Shown: one piece after another, positions 23,167 to 36,414 of the stretch
Layout: every line of letters starts with the position of its first letter
Numbering within the stretch: position 1 is the first letter of the stretch
Source of the DNA: Tubiluchus corallicola
Taxonomy: Eukaryota > Animalia > Priapulida
Assembly (NCBI GenBank): GCA_030141605.1
Contig: JAQGDQ010000103.1
Location: forward strand, 558,641 to 622,640
Direction: 5' to 3'
DNA length: 64,000 bases
Program-made: the position numbers and the translations under genes
The notes under the pieces: model-generated
What the model was told of the DNA's origin: nothing
What the model saw: only the letters and a program-made list of their open reading frames with translations
Database searches by the model: none

Positions 23167-24164
23167 CTAAGATACAAATGATTGTTTATACACAGGATAG
23201 TGATGAACCTGGCACCTGGTTCAAATTCAGGCTGGATCTTTGAGCCATTCTTTGAGACTTTCTTTGACTGGAAAATGTAAAAATTCAGGCTTGATTCAAT
23301 TATTAGAAAGAAGAAAATTACATTTCGGCTTTATTGTGTATTCTGGCACTTAAAAACATTTCATCTCTGTTGTAAAAATGGGATGTAAAAGTGATACTAC
23401 AACGGCATCAATCTTGGAATTATTCCTGCTAGAATTTAGTGACCTTTTTTCCTGAAACTTAACTCAAAGCTGGGTGCCTAGGCCGTGCAGCACCAAATTT
23501 CATCGCCTCTCGAGTGCACAAGAGAGACGTTTTGCTCCTCAAATCACTAGGTGGTCGAGCCACTCTTGTAGACACTTTTTCTTCTAATCCATTTCTACAC
23601 AATAGAATCAGATGGCCAGAAATAACCTTCAAATTAACAAGTGGCAAGTTGTAGCAGTCAATCAAGTGGTCAACAAGGTCCAGTACATAGCAAACATGGC
23701 ATTTAAAGTTTTAAAACCAGTCAATCTCAACTTTTCAAACACGCCAGGAAACAAGCTTGGAACATGATGGAATTAATAACACTTTTTCTCAAATTTAGAA
23801 AAAATGGTAAAAAGAAGGAAACGCGAAAAAAGACTGAAATAGATCTGTATTTGAACCAGGAACCGCTGGATAACAATTTCGTGACGATGACCGCTAGACC
23901 ATATAACTCCTTGTGATTAAGGCAGTTCGTGATTCAATCCTAGTAGCTCGACAGCTAGGGTCAGTCCTGATTTTTTCACATTTGCTTTATAGTAAAATCA
24001 GGATCTAAAATTTAAAAAACTCCACTTAAATTTAACTTCCAAACCTACAGTTGATAATATTCAAGCTAGTACTAAAAACGATTTTGTTAAGTTCACGCGA
24101 GTTTAACACCAGGTAATTTCCAGCAGAAGCAAGTCCTTAACACTTACTCTGCGCCAGCTAAATT

Positions 24165-24402
24165 GTCCAGTCTGGTTGCCATGGTAATCAAATGGGCAGC
24201 GACATCTTATTTATTTTATCCTTGCCTTCCAGCCCTTTGCTATGATATTCAGCTCCTTGCTATGATGACAGCAGGGAACTTCATTCCCAGTCCGTTGCTA
24301 TGGTGATCGTTGCTATGGTAACCAGTACGGAACTTTTTTCCTAGTCCATTGCTATGGTGACCAACTGGGCACTATCTTCCCAGTCCGTTGCTATGGTATT
24401 CT
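24165..24402. repeat. Degenerate repeat with seven TTGCYATGRT motifs (RFX X-box-like)
   Basis: Motifs at 24175, 24236, 24256, 24294, 24309 (GTTGCTATGGTAAC), 24348 and 24387. Confidence 0.75.
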
Positions 24403-24404
24403 AA

Positions 24405-24625
24405 CCTGCTTAGTGTAGAGGCTCGTGGCAGGATCGTAATCTAGATAGTACCTACTAAGTGTAAACGTTTGTGGCAGGACCGTTATCTAGACAGCACCTG
24501 CTTACTGCAGACGCTTGTGGCTGGACTGTAATCTAAACAGCTTTACTCAGTGTAGATGCTTGTGGCAGACAGTACTCTACACAAAGCCCACTTAGCGTCG
24601 ACGCTTGTGGCAAGACCGTAATCCA
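24405..24625. repeat. ~46-bp degenerate tandem repeat, 5 units
   Basis: Units start at 24405, 24451, 24497, 24542 and 24587; consensus approx. cctrcttagtgtagacgcttgtggcaggaccgtaatctagacagca. Confidence 0.85.
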
Positions 24626-25369
24626 CTCAATCAACACGAATAATCCTGTAAAAGGAGACGCTGCATTGGCAGAGAATCTTCTCTCAGCGAGGAAAATACT
24701 CAGGGTATGAATGGTCAAACCGCCCGAAAGCGCCCTTCCCGCCTGGTCGCCTATATATGTCGCACAACGAGACAGATGGACCAATAATGAATCTGCAGAG
24801 CCAGAACAATGTCAAAGCGCACAGAAATGCTAATTTAAATAGCAAAAATACCAATTTAAAACTGAATGTACTGAAACGCAGTTACACAGAAACAAATTGC
24901 AGAATGAGTAAAAAATAAGTATAAATAAAAATATAATGTATGATCAAACGTTACTGACGTCTTATACTAACATTTTTGTGAAACAGAATACCATCGTACG
25001 CTTCTATGAGCGTACTCCTTCTCATTCAGTAGCTCACAGCTATCAAAAAGTGAAACATTTTTGTACCGTTTTAATGCATGGTAGATTTGCAAGCGTCCCT
25101 TCCTGACAGGTGTGGCTTAGGCCAGCAGTAATGGTATAATCACTACACTCGCACGAGCTGTCAGCACTTCGAGTAATCCTAGCCAAAATATCTCGATAAA
25201 ACTCATTTAGACAATTAACCTCAGCGAACTGTGAGTGAAATAATCCAATCTGTCGCTTGCCCACCACTTCCGTTTCACTAATCTTGTAAAAAGACACCCA
25301 GTCTGAAGCGCTAGTGTCACAAACCTACGTTGAATCTTTTACCCCCCCCCCCCTCTGCATACGCTGTTC

Positions 25370-25505
25370 GGTTTTTGTTTTTTTGTGCAATGTGTTTTCG
25401 AAATGCAGGCGCTAGTGCCAGTCTAACTATCGAATGGCGAAATGCACGTAACAGCAAAGAAGTAGTGGCGAGAACGCGAAATTGCGTTTGTGTGTATAAT
25501 AATTC
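25370..25505 (+). mobile_element. Internal fragment of the Kolobok-like MITE
   Basis: tttttgtgcaatgtgttttcgaaatgcaggcgctagtgccagtctaactatcgaatggcgaaatgc matches the other copies. Confidence 0.65.
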
Positions 25506-26831
25506 CTTCCAATATTTTAAAAACTAGTTTAAATGCATTAACCGACAGATGTGGCAATACAGAAGTATGAATCTGTAACTTAGTGTGCGCTGCAAAGGCT
25601 TTTGATGAATTTTAGAAACGAATTAATGCCTAAATTCCTATGCAGTTATTTAAAAATAACAATTTATAGTGGTTAATAAAAAAGAAGAAATATTTCAAAA
25701 TCACACGAGTCTGTTTATTTACAAAAAATACAAAAATACGTCCGACGTCGACTGCTTCATTTTTTTATGAAATTGACGTCTTGTAATGGCGCGGTCGGAA
25801 CAGTATTGCGGGAGATTTAAAATGAAAACAAGCGAAAATTCCTTTTAACGCGAGTACGATATGTGCATAAAATTGCTGTGAAGTAATACAATTTTTAAGT
25901 TGATTTTTCTGAAACCTACGTCAGGTACCCCTTTTTTGTCCTTTAAACAACACAGCCGTCATCTAAGCATTCCAGTTTGTATGGAACCAGCAAATGCGGC
26001 AATTTTTTGCAACTCCTTATTGGACTGTACCTGCACCCCTGGCATAACAGCAACTGTGAAAGACAGCGAGAGCTTTAAAAGCAAACCCTAGGCAAGTGAT
26101 TCAGCTCCCAAAAATTCTTGGTTAACGAGGTTAATTGCACGGGCGGGTCAAGCAAGCCACTGGGCTAGCATATTAGCATAGGATAAACGTTCCTGCTTGC
26201 AAACAAAACGGTACTTAACATGATTGTTTCTACGTATATTAGAGCACAAAAGTGAACTAAGATAATACAAAAGTCATAAAAGCTTATTGTTAACACAAAA
26301 GTGTCTTATTGAAGCCGGTGAAGCAAAAATATTGAGTCAGTTATGAGGAGTTATTTGAGTCTATTATCAGCAGTTTATATACATTTGAATAGAAGCAGCC
26401 CGTGCCAGACGTTTTTGAGTCAATTAGGCAATTAACCGTGAGTCCAATAAACTGCGCCTGCAGTATTTATAATAGCTTTACTTACACTCAATTAAGTACA
26501 ATGATATAGCACTAGATATTTAGTAGTTTTTATTTTTACTTTTACCTATATTGATGGAAATTCACAAAGCGGGTTGTGAATTATTGGTTTATAATTTTGA
26601 GGAATTTGAAAAGCCGGGTTTTTTGACAAAGGATTTTTGTTTATTATTGGTACCGAGGCGCTGTATACTAGTCTTTTGTATCGCCTTGTACGTCTGCCAA
26701 ACATGTTGCGCAGGTGTTTATAGCAGGAGATCAATTATTATATAAATATACTTACTTTCTATAAGTAGCTCCCCTGTAAATAGAGAGGATTTATACACAT
26801 ATGCTTATAATATTTTAAATTAAAAATATTT

Positions 26832-26883
26832 ATAGTAATAGTAATAGCAATAGTAAAAGTAATAATAATAATAATAATAATAA

Positions 26884-26919
<36 letters not shown>

Positions 26920-26958
26920 AACAACAACTACTGCTGCTACTACAGCAGCAACAACAAT
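26832..26958. repeat. (AAT)n-rich compound microsatellite
   Basis: Direct reading. Confidence 0.9.
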
Positions 26959-28848
26959 TAATAATGCTTTCTATATAAATGTATAGGCTTCGTCTCACGA
27001 GTGCTTAAAATTTTATTGATAATGTTAAGTAGCTAAAGAATGTTATTACACAGTACCTCCAAAAACTACAAAGTTTGTCTATAAGCGCAGATATTTTATA
27101 TTGAATAATGAAGACTGCTTTCGTTCAATTTATACTAGACTTTTATTTTAATTAGAAAAATATCATCAATTTACATAGTTCAGATTTTAATTGAAAACTT
27201 CACAAAAATAAATGTTCAATATTTTAATACAATCATAAGTAAATCAATACTACGGTAATTAATTTACTTTACTAATTGAGTTATGAAGTCAATGATTGAT
27301 GTACTGCAACCACAATACACCCGACTTAGGTCCTCTTTTCGGGGTTAATGGGAGAGCACGAGTGCGTTACATATTATTCAACATTTTTAACGCCTCTCAA
27401 TTAGAGCCCTAATGGAGCTTACATACAAGCAACACGCGCTATTCACTCTCAATTGGGTACAATGTGCACTGCATCATTGTGTCTGCATCATTTTAATCAG
27501 GGGAAAATGTAGGAGTTTTCAGAATGTTCGCTGGAGAGGAATGATAGAGGTTGGAAGGGGGTCCTGGCGTATTGTTTGGACAGCACGGGCGTTACTCACT
27601 GCTCAGTCAGCGTTACAACGGAATTGAATTCGCCATGAACACAAATTATTCTTATAGCTTCATGGTAGCAACCGTATTAAACTGTCAAATTCTCAGCTTC
27701 AGAATATTCTGCTGAATTATCGTGTTATGTTTCAAAGTAATTGAATCGGGTTGTTCAAGATATACACAGGGTTGCTTCTAAAATATACCAGGTGGCGAAA
27801 AGAATATGCCGAAGTTTTGATCAGGATAACTATTATAAAAAAACAGAATTGCTTCAAAATTACGACGCTAGTGTTACAGATGCTTACGTATAAACAGTAA
27901 AAATTTTACTACCAAACATCACTTTTAAAAAATTCTTTATTTGGAGTTGTTTTTTCTTTTCACATTATATAATTTTGTAATGATAGTATATTAGTAGCAC
28001 TAATATAAAGGCTAATATAATATATATATAAAGGAAATAGTATATTCAGAGTTAAAATTTAAAAGGAATTTTATTTAATATTAATTTATAATAGTTTAAA
28101 GTATAATGGCAACAATTATATATAATTAACGGTTCCTCCAGGTGAAGCTGAGAGGCCTGCCCAAATACAGGCGTTTGCAAAACAAGTATAAAGAATCCCT
28201 AATTCATTTTTTATTTTCTTATTTAAACATTTATTTCAGCATACATAAAGTTTAAATTTATACTAAAAGCTAAGAAGCACTATATGTCATGCATTATTAA
28301 AAGCAGTACAAATATATACAAAAATATATTAAAAATACACACAGAATTAAAACCACAACGGCTTCAGCGAAAACACCCGCGTTTGCTAAGTCAATAAATC
28401 AGACCATTTTCTAAATATTTTACTATAAAATCGTACGTCAGTTTGGTGACATATACATATACATATATATATATATATATATTGCAATAGAAGTTTCCCT
28501 ACTCAATCATTCATGTTCATTCAGGTAGAGAAACGCAACAGTTCTTTTAAAATGTTTTATGGCGTAAGCATAGCGCGTGAAATACTTGTGAAGAGCAATG
28601 TTGTAAGTAGCGCTGATCTTGGTTAAACTGCATATCTTGAAATTAGCATTATAGGTTATTACAGTATATATTGTTACAGAACGAACGAAATGGCTCAGTT
28701 TTAACATTATTTGACCAAGAGGTTGCATAATATCGCAAAAAGGTATACTTGATCAAAACAATGATCAAGTTAGTCGTTGTTGCTGACTCCAAGCACCCTA
28801 TCTGCTGCTGCTGTCCACGATGCACTGTCCCTCAAATTTAGAGTTGCA

Positions 28849-29482
28849 TAAGATAAGATAAACATTTATTTGACGTCGATTTTAAAAACACACAACTGCA
28901 AGCTGCAAGAGCTTATGTCACCGACAAATAAATGAAACTATTCAGCTACGTTAAAAACTAATTAAATTAAATAATGCACACTTAAGAACAGATAGACTTA
29001 ATAAAATTATAAAATAACTTCTACTTTCACTACCTTCTACTTCTACTTATAACTATCAAAAAAATAAGCTAAAATCTTCACAATAGCTACACAACGTACA
29101 ACTCAACTGGCCAGAATTATTACAAGAACGGCATGTACAACGTTCTCCACTCCACATTTTTAATTTGCTCTTAAAAGAATTTAGTTCGGTTTCATTTTTA
29201 ATATGAGTGGGGAGAGTATTCCATAACTTTGCCCCCAAGTAACTGAATGAGTTCAGACCATATTTCGTTGTTCGAACATGTGGAACCATCATTTTTGCAT
29301 TATCACGAAAACTGTACACAGTATGTTTTAGCTGAAATAACTTTTGTATATAATCTGGTGACTGGCCGTTTATTGCCTTGAAGACGTCAGTTACTATTGA
29401 CTGCTTTCTACAAATTTCCAAAGTTGGAATATTGGCTTTCTGTAATAGCTGCTCATATGAGCTATCATAATCATTTAAACAT
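28849..29482 (-). mobile_element. 5'-truncated LINE 3' end (CR1/L2 group, Crack/Daphne-like)
   Basis: ORF2 C-terminus ...RTTKYGLNSFSYLGAKLWNTLP...FKSKLKMW...CTCRSC; then AATAAA and a (TTATC)-type tail at ~28849-28870. Confidence 0.8.
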
Positions 29483-32400
29483 ATTTAAACATAACAAGAT
29501 AAAACGTGAAAAGTACAGAGCTCAAACAATCACCTTGCGGCGCCGATATTAGCAACTGATGTTAGAAGCGAATACTGTGCTCATCATATCGGATAATAAG
29601 ATTTTGCAAAAATGAGTTGATGAAGTGCAGTGCTCAAATTAAGAGTGACCATAGTGGGTGCTGACGGCACCTAGTAAACATTTTCGAAGTAGTCTTAGTT
29701 TAGCCTTTTTAGATTTGCCATATTACACACCAATCAGATATCAGAATTAGGTAAAGTCATCTGACATACCTGACCTAATTTGCAGTACTTATATGTACAC
29801 GATGACAGATCTTTTTCTCTCTCATTGATGTTTTTTTTAATTCTGCTGAACATAATGGTTTCTGTTTTTTTGTTATCCAAGATGCCATCTTAGTTACCAA
29901 ACTACAAGTTTTGCTAAATAAAGTCAATTGTCTTAAATTTATAAATTTATTCAAGAAATTCGTATGTCAACTACAAATTAGAAATGGATTATGCGATTAT
30001 TGAACACGACATATTTTTGTTAAACTGCTGTAATTTTCTGTTTTCACCTGTTATCGCACAAGCCGGACTTCTTTTGGATGTTTTACCTGGATGCATCCAC
30101 AATTATGAACAAGTAAAGCCCTGGTGGAAACCTACATCAGCAAACGTTGCATGCATAAACGATACAAAGAACGGCATTAGTCTATTCTAATAATGTATTT
30201 GCTAGCCTTTTGGCGTGACCACATTTTGTTGCGTGTAGTACACTGTATGTAATACAATAAAACGTACGCATGTGTAGCACATAAATAAAATGTAAAAAAT
30301 GAATCTCTTATCTGTTTATTTTTTTCGTGTTCCGTCGCATTATCAGTTACAGTCAGTATTTCTACGTAAGTCAATAGCTAACACCTCTTGGCTTTTTTGT
30401 CGCTTCAAGAGCTTTACGTAATGCTCAAGGAAGACAAGGTTCCTGTCTTCTTACTTGGATTTGTTTACTCCAACGGTTATTCTTCACCACATCACACAGA
30501 TCATCATTGGTTATTCTGTTAGGCCATTTAATATCTAACAGTTTCCTGTAGAGACTCTGAAAGGTGTCTATTTGTTGTTTAACCATTATTGTCCACATTT
30601 AGTTAATTGAGAAGTTGTTAGAGTCATTCGTTGAGGAATAAGGCATGTCTTTACGAGCGCAGAATCACGCAATGCACTTCAACACCCAGCGAAACTGCTA
30701 AAGTCACTCGTATACCGTTAAAAATACTAAAATTACCATCCAAAATTAATGCTGATAAAAAGTCCTGCTTAAAATACAAAAGACAAAAATACAATTTAGG
30801 CTGCCATGAAGTCACAAATAAATCAAGCTATTTGACTTGTCGTGTTTGACTATTAGGTCTACTGTTGCATAAATAATAATTTGTTTAAACTTTTGTGTTT
30901 AACACTAATTAAAGATGTGTTTTTTGGTAAAAACAACTTGTATTAATTTTCGTTTATGCCTGATTTACGAAAATCAATTATTCCGCGATATCGGTAATTC
31001 AGCCTTTTTTATAAAAAATAGTAATCCGTTATCAAATTACGGTATTATTGGTATTACAGAAAATCAATAATCAGTATATAATCGGTTTTAAGAAAATCAG
31101 GAATTGGCTATGGGATCAGGATCGGCTTTGTCAGGATTAAAACAACCCTATATCACGCCCTAGTAGTTCGCATTTTCATGGGGTTCTTGATAAAAAGCTC
31201 TCATATCTGCATTTCAAGTTTATGGCTCTTCGAATCCAAATTCTTGGCTTTCAAGTTCAAATCCCTAAAAAGTGGACTCCAGTGAAAAGACGGATTTGAG
31301 TTCTACATCACTGGCACACACCAACTTAATTTCGTAATCTGTGTAAATATCAGTACAACTTTTTGATTGTTACCAGTCACATAACTTGCCACTGTGCCAG
31401 CAGTGCAGCAAACTACTACGGCTATTAGCCCATACCGTAAATGAGATATTGAGTATATTGTTGTAAAGACACTGTACTTTGATGCAATTATACTCATTTC
31501 ATTCATTAAGGCAGTGGTTGCTAAAGTAGTTGAACTTGCAGTTGCATTTTCTGAATGGCACCCTTTTGTGGATAACGGAAGTAATTCCCTTGGGAACGAA
31601 CTTATTTGGGTCCGACCATCAGCCACATATTTAACAAAAGTGAGATTACTAAGCCAGAAATGGCGACTATAGAATTTATCTTTGGGAAAAGGATACCCAG
31701 CAAAAAATGCCCAAGAAGTGGTCCTCCTACTGCTCCAAATAAACTAGTGGCCAGACGAACTACAGTATTATATACATACTGAAAGCACAGAGCGAGTATG
31801 ATAATTAGAATACTGTACCAAAGTGCCAGCCACTGTGAGAGCTTTGTGGCAGTTGTTTCTTCAATACTGCTTCCTTTTTTCTTGCAGGTAGGGCTTAATA
31901 AAGTCCTGTACTGTAACTGCTGAAAGAGAATTTATTCCCGATGATACTGTACTTAGAGCTCCACTGTAACAGGCAGCAACAAACAACCCTGAAGCTCCCT
32001 GCCCCAGTATTTGCAAGGCAAGCATGGGAACCAACTGATCTGCTTTTGCTACACAACCAGCCGTAAGAGGGTCACAGTCCCAATAATGCGCATACATCAA
32101 CAAGGCACACAAAGTTGTGGAAATGGATAGAAGCAACTTATATGGGACATTTAGTAGTAAGGTAATTTGAGCGTGCCTTTGATACTTGATGCTGCTATAT
32201 CTTTGTATCATCGACTGATTGCTGCCAAAGTGCCAAATCACCAAAACTATTTCCTATAATGGTTGCCCACAAGCTGCATCAAGCTGTTGGATTTGGATCA
32301 AAGTTGAAAAACGACGTCCGGAGGCCTTCTTCAGCAAGTTGCCACATGTTACTCCAGCCTCCAATGCTAATCAATGCTCGAATATCAATAGCCAGAACTC

Positions 32401-32659
32401 CGGCAAATGGAATCAGCATATGTACCGTGTCAGTCCACAGCACTGCCTTCAATCCACCAATTGTTGTGTAAAACGTACTAACAACTCCTGTGGAAATGAC
32501 GGTTAACCACAACGAGAGAGCAGCGACTAGAGAAAGAGCCAGAGCTGGTGTGTATAATGCGAGGGCTACGTAAAGGAATGTCATCAACATGAACTTCAGT
32601 GTCCCCAAGAGTCTTGTTCGATTGAATCTCATCTCAAGGTACTGAAAGTATAATTAAGA

Positions 32660-35051
32660 TTTGTGAGAAAATGAAGGATGCAAATTTCATAAAGAAACTG
32701 TATTAAAAACTGAACTTGAAGCAACATTACAATTACTACAACAAATCTCACAACAAAGCAAACTCAATAACGAAAGTACCTGGACAACACCTGAACTTGA
32801 CAAACTAAGAATAGCGAAAAACAGAATGTATAATATATGGGAAAAGAACAAAACTAAAAACAATCATAACAATTATAAAAAAAAAGAAATCAATTTAATA
32901 ATCTTAATAAATGCTTGAAAAATAAACATATACAACAACAATGTAAAAACGCAACAAATACCAAAGAAAAATGGAAAATTATTAACAATGTAATAAATAA
33001 ATGCCGTAACAAACTAACGCGTGTTGACGAAATTAAGATCAACAACACTGTTATTACAAAACCCAAAGATATTGCCAACACGCTAAATGCAATATTCCTG
33101 AATCTTGGAAATTTTAAGGGAGTCGCTTCTCATATTAGCAAAAATATAATTAATAAATTAAAAAACAAATCGTCTAACACAGTATTCTCATTCAAAAGCG
33201 TCACAGTAGGAGAAATTAACGACATATTAAATAACCTAAGTTCCAACAAAGGGAGTGGACCATCAGATATTCCTATCAAAATTCTAAAAGATAGCGCATC
33301 TGTAATAGCCCCGCATATGACTTACATTGCTAATCAGATAATTATGAGAGGCGAATTTCCAACGGTTTGTAAAATGGCAAACGTGACTCCAATCCATAAA
33401 AAAGATCCAAAATGTGATCCCATGAATTATCGCCCAATTTCCGTAATCCATTGTTTCGGCAAAGTTTGGGAAAGGGTAATTTATGATCAGATAAATTCAT
33501 ATGTAAATAAACATGAACTTTTATCAAAACATCAGTTTGGCTTCCGTAAACACCATTCAACCATTGACTCCCTAATACACACAACAGAAAATTGGAGACA
33601 TAGTTTAGACAACAAGCAATACATTTTAGCAGCATTTTTGGATTTAAGTAAAGCTTTCGATAGCATTAATCACGAACTACTTTACGATAATTTAAAACAA
33701 ATCGGATTAGATTCGATATCGTTAAAACTGATACAAAATTATCTCAAAGATAGGCAACAACGAGTAAAGTTAGATACAACCAACTTTTCTGACTGGGCCA
33801 CGTTAAACAGAGGTATACCGCAAGGAACACTACTAGGTCCGTTATTATTTTGCCTATATATAAACAACATATCCAGTGTATTAAAACACTCACAAATAAC
33901 GCAATACGCTGATGACACTACAATCTACATAGCCCATGAAAATGTCCAAACTGCAAAAAATTATTTAGAAGAAGATATAAAAAATATAAATATGGCATTT
34001 AGTCATTACAAGCTAAAAATGAATAATGACAAAACAGAATTCATGATACTGTCACCCTCATTAAATACTAATGATGCATCATCAACCACTTTGACAATAG
34101 ATAATGCTGTAATCAAACAAACTAACAATGTTAAATTCCTGGGCATACAAGTAGACAATAATCTTTCATGGGATGATCACTTTAATAACATATACACAAA
34201 AATGGCATCTAGCACATCATATCTCCGACAAGTTAAAGGGCAACTAACAAAGGAAACTAAAACACTAATATATAAAACTTTAGTTCTACCACACTTCTTA
34301 TATGGATGTACGCTACTTCAAAAAACCAAAAGAGAAAATTACTTAAAATTAAATCTCCTTCAAAACTATGCGTTGAGATTGATAGCTGGGTACTCATACA
34401 AACACAAGGCAGGTAGACAAAAATTCAAAGCTTCAACAACTAACCTGAGAAAAACTTTAAAATTCCCAATCATTGAAGCACACAAAGAATATTTTACTCT
34501 GCTTTTTATATTTAAATACATTAACAACATCAGCAAACCATTCCAGAATAACAGATTTACCTTTTTTCCAAATCCTATCGTTAATTCCAGAACAAGCAAT
34601 CTAAAACAAATTAGGACAAATACCCACTATGGAACGAACTCTGTAATCAAACAAGCAATTTTACTTTGGAATTCTCTACCATTACAGGTTAAACAAATCA
34701 AGTCCCTATCAGCATTTAAAACAAAATTAAAATCACTAATATTAACCAGATATGAAATACCATCACACCAGTACGACAACATACACACTAATTCCGAATT
34801 CATATACCCACGGCCATAATAATTAAATCATAGTTTTTTTTATATTTTTTTGTGTATAGTTGTAAATATGTTTGATTTTATTCGTCATTACTGCACAGTA
34901 GTTTAGATTGCACTGACGCATTTGCCTTCAGCAGTGTAAGTTTTTATTAACTAACACTGATTGATTATCTCTATAAAGTTTTTATCAGTGATTATCAATG
35001 TTTTTAATGGCAAATAAAGATTATTATATATATATATATATATATATATAC
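32660..35051 (+). mobile_element. 5'-truncated LINE (CR1/L2 group) inserted antisense in the SLC5A intron
   Basis: RT ORF; AATAAA at ~35013; (TA)n tail; candidate 9-bp TSD TAATTAAGA at 32651-32659 and 35052-35060. Confidence 0.88.
32915..34819 (+). CDS. Non-LTR reverse transcriptase (ORF2 fragment, no endonuclease domain)
   Basis: NYRPIS, QFGFR, FLDLSKAFD, GIPQGTLLGPLLF, YADD, KFLGI. Homology continues upstream (TWTTPEL...) across a frameshift in the A-run at ~32877-32886. Confidence 0.92.
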   Translation: MKNKHIQQQCKNATNTKEKWKIINNVINKCRNKLTRVDEIKINNTVITKPKDIANTLNAIFLNLGNFKGVASHISKNIINKLKNKSSNTVFSFKSVTVGEINDILNNLSSNKGSGPSDIPIKILKDSASVIAPHMTYIANQIIMRGEFPTVCKMANVTPIHKKDPKCDPMNYRPISVIHCFGKVWERVIYDQINSYVNKHELLSKHQFGFRKHHSTIDSLIHTTENWRHSLDNKQYILAAFLDLSKAFDSINHELLYDNLKQIGLDSISLKLIQNYLKDRQQRVKLDTTNFSDWATLNRGIPQGTLLGPLLFCLYINNISSVLKHSQITQYADDTTIYIAHENVQTAKNYLEEDIKNINMAFSHYKLKMNNDKTEFMILSPSLNTNDASSTTLTIDNAVIKQTNNVKFLGIQVDNNLSWDDHFNNIYTKMASSTSYLRQVKGQLTKETKTLIYKTLVLPHFLYGCTLLQKTKRENYLKLNLLQNYALRLIAGYSYKHKAGRQKFKASTTNLRKTLKFPIIEAHKEYFTLLFIFKYINNISKPFQNNRFTFFPNPIVNSRTSNLKQIRTNTHYGTNSVIKQAILLWNSLPLQVKQIKSLSAFKTKLKSLILTRYEIPSHQYDNIHTNSEFIYPRP

Positions 35052-36414
35052 TAATTAAGAAAAACAAATGAAAATTAAGCTGAGAAACATACCTAAAAAA
35101 CTTGATATAGCCTAGATCTTGGAAGCTATCAAAATTGTTCCTATTGACTTTGTGAGCATTTAGGTTAACCCCCTACTTGTGGTGTACTGTCAGAAACAGA
35201 GATAATTGAATGTAGCATGAAGTTAATAAGACTTAATGGGCATTCTGAGTTCTTTTACGGTTATGATCATGACAAGCATCAGAAGAGCACTGTCTTATTT
35301 TTAAGATTTGTGAATATTATACAAATTTAGAAAAACAGGAATGTCTTATTTACGCTTTTGCTTAATGCATTCTCATTTTAATTATACAATAAGACAAAAA
35401 TGTCATCCATATTACAATTTACAATTAATCTGTTGGTCTTTATATGCATCTTAACACTTATAGAATCATATTAAAACAAAATTACCTCATATGCACTAGT
35501 GATTACAAGACGGTGGTACACTGGCAAATAAACATACACAGCCACTGTGTTCGGAATAAATCCAGAAAAAACAATGAGGCTGTATTCTGCTCCATATAAG
35601 TACATTTCAGCAGCTCCTCCAATAACTGCTATTACTGAGATGAAGCTTGCAAGCAGAGAAAAGCTGATAGGCATTATACCCATCTGTTTATTGCCAACAA
35701 AAAATTCTGCTTCGTTTTCTGCTTTCCACCAGTACATGCATAGAAAATGCTAATGCCGGCACATGCTGCCAGAGACATCGCAGATACTAGGAAATCTATC
35801 CAAGAAAATGTCAGATCTTCTGAAGACATGTCGTCTGCTATTTCAGCAAAATTAGCAGAATTCTTTGAGTATGCTTTAGTCGTGGTACTGTTCACTTGTT
35901 CCTGTCCTTATGGCCTTTATAGCTAACCCTAACTGAAGGTGGGTGTTGCCTATCTAAAAGACTTTTTTTCAAGAGCTAGACTTTATGTATACAGTGGCAT
36001 TTTAAGGGATGCGAGGGCAGCAGCAATACTGGGTGATGCTTGAAGGATACCAAAAATGTGGAAATTTTTTTCCTTCCTTGACTAGTTTATATTTGTAGGC
36101 AATATTGATCGTAGTCAATTAGATTTATACATTATCTACTCTTATTATTTTGTGAAATATGAACAGAATTTTAGGCGCCACTTTTGCATTTCAGGATTTG
36201 CTGATCGGTTTGTTTTGACTGAACGGTTTGCGACCATCATTCTATTATTTTTTCGCATGCCAGCTTGCAGCAAATTACATACACAAAGATTGTTTGCCAA
36301 TCAGCCGTGTGAGTAGATTCTATGGCTGTGTTTTTGAACTTTAATTTGCTAAAGGTAATTTTTTAATTCATCTATCAATTGAAATTCAATAGTCAATTTA
36401 AATATATAATAGAT

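Larger units (their letters stand above)
31303..35829 (-). pseudogene. SLC5A8/SLC5A12/SLC5A6-like sodium:solute symporter pseudogene (exon 1 35829-35486; exon 2 32641-~31303)
   Basis: Family motifs SLLASFIS, SAYE/YLEMRF, GGLKAVLWTD, NQSMIQRY, YSGALSTVSSGINSL and GAVGGPLLG. Frameshifts near 35710, 32230, 31860 and 31610, plus an in-frame TGA at 32281-32279. Confidence 0.85.

Noticed and set aside
24405-24625. CRISPR-like appearance of the regularly spaced repeats
   Set aside because: Units are contiguous and degenerate along their whole length, with no unique spacers, no cas genes, and a eukaryotic context.
30960-31162. Possible hAT-like end (ATCACGCCCTA with ATCGG subterminal motifs)
   Set aside because: Only one terminus found; no partner or TSD.
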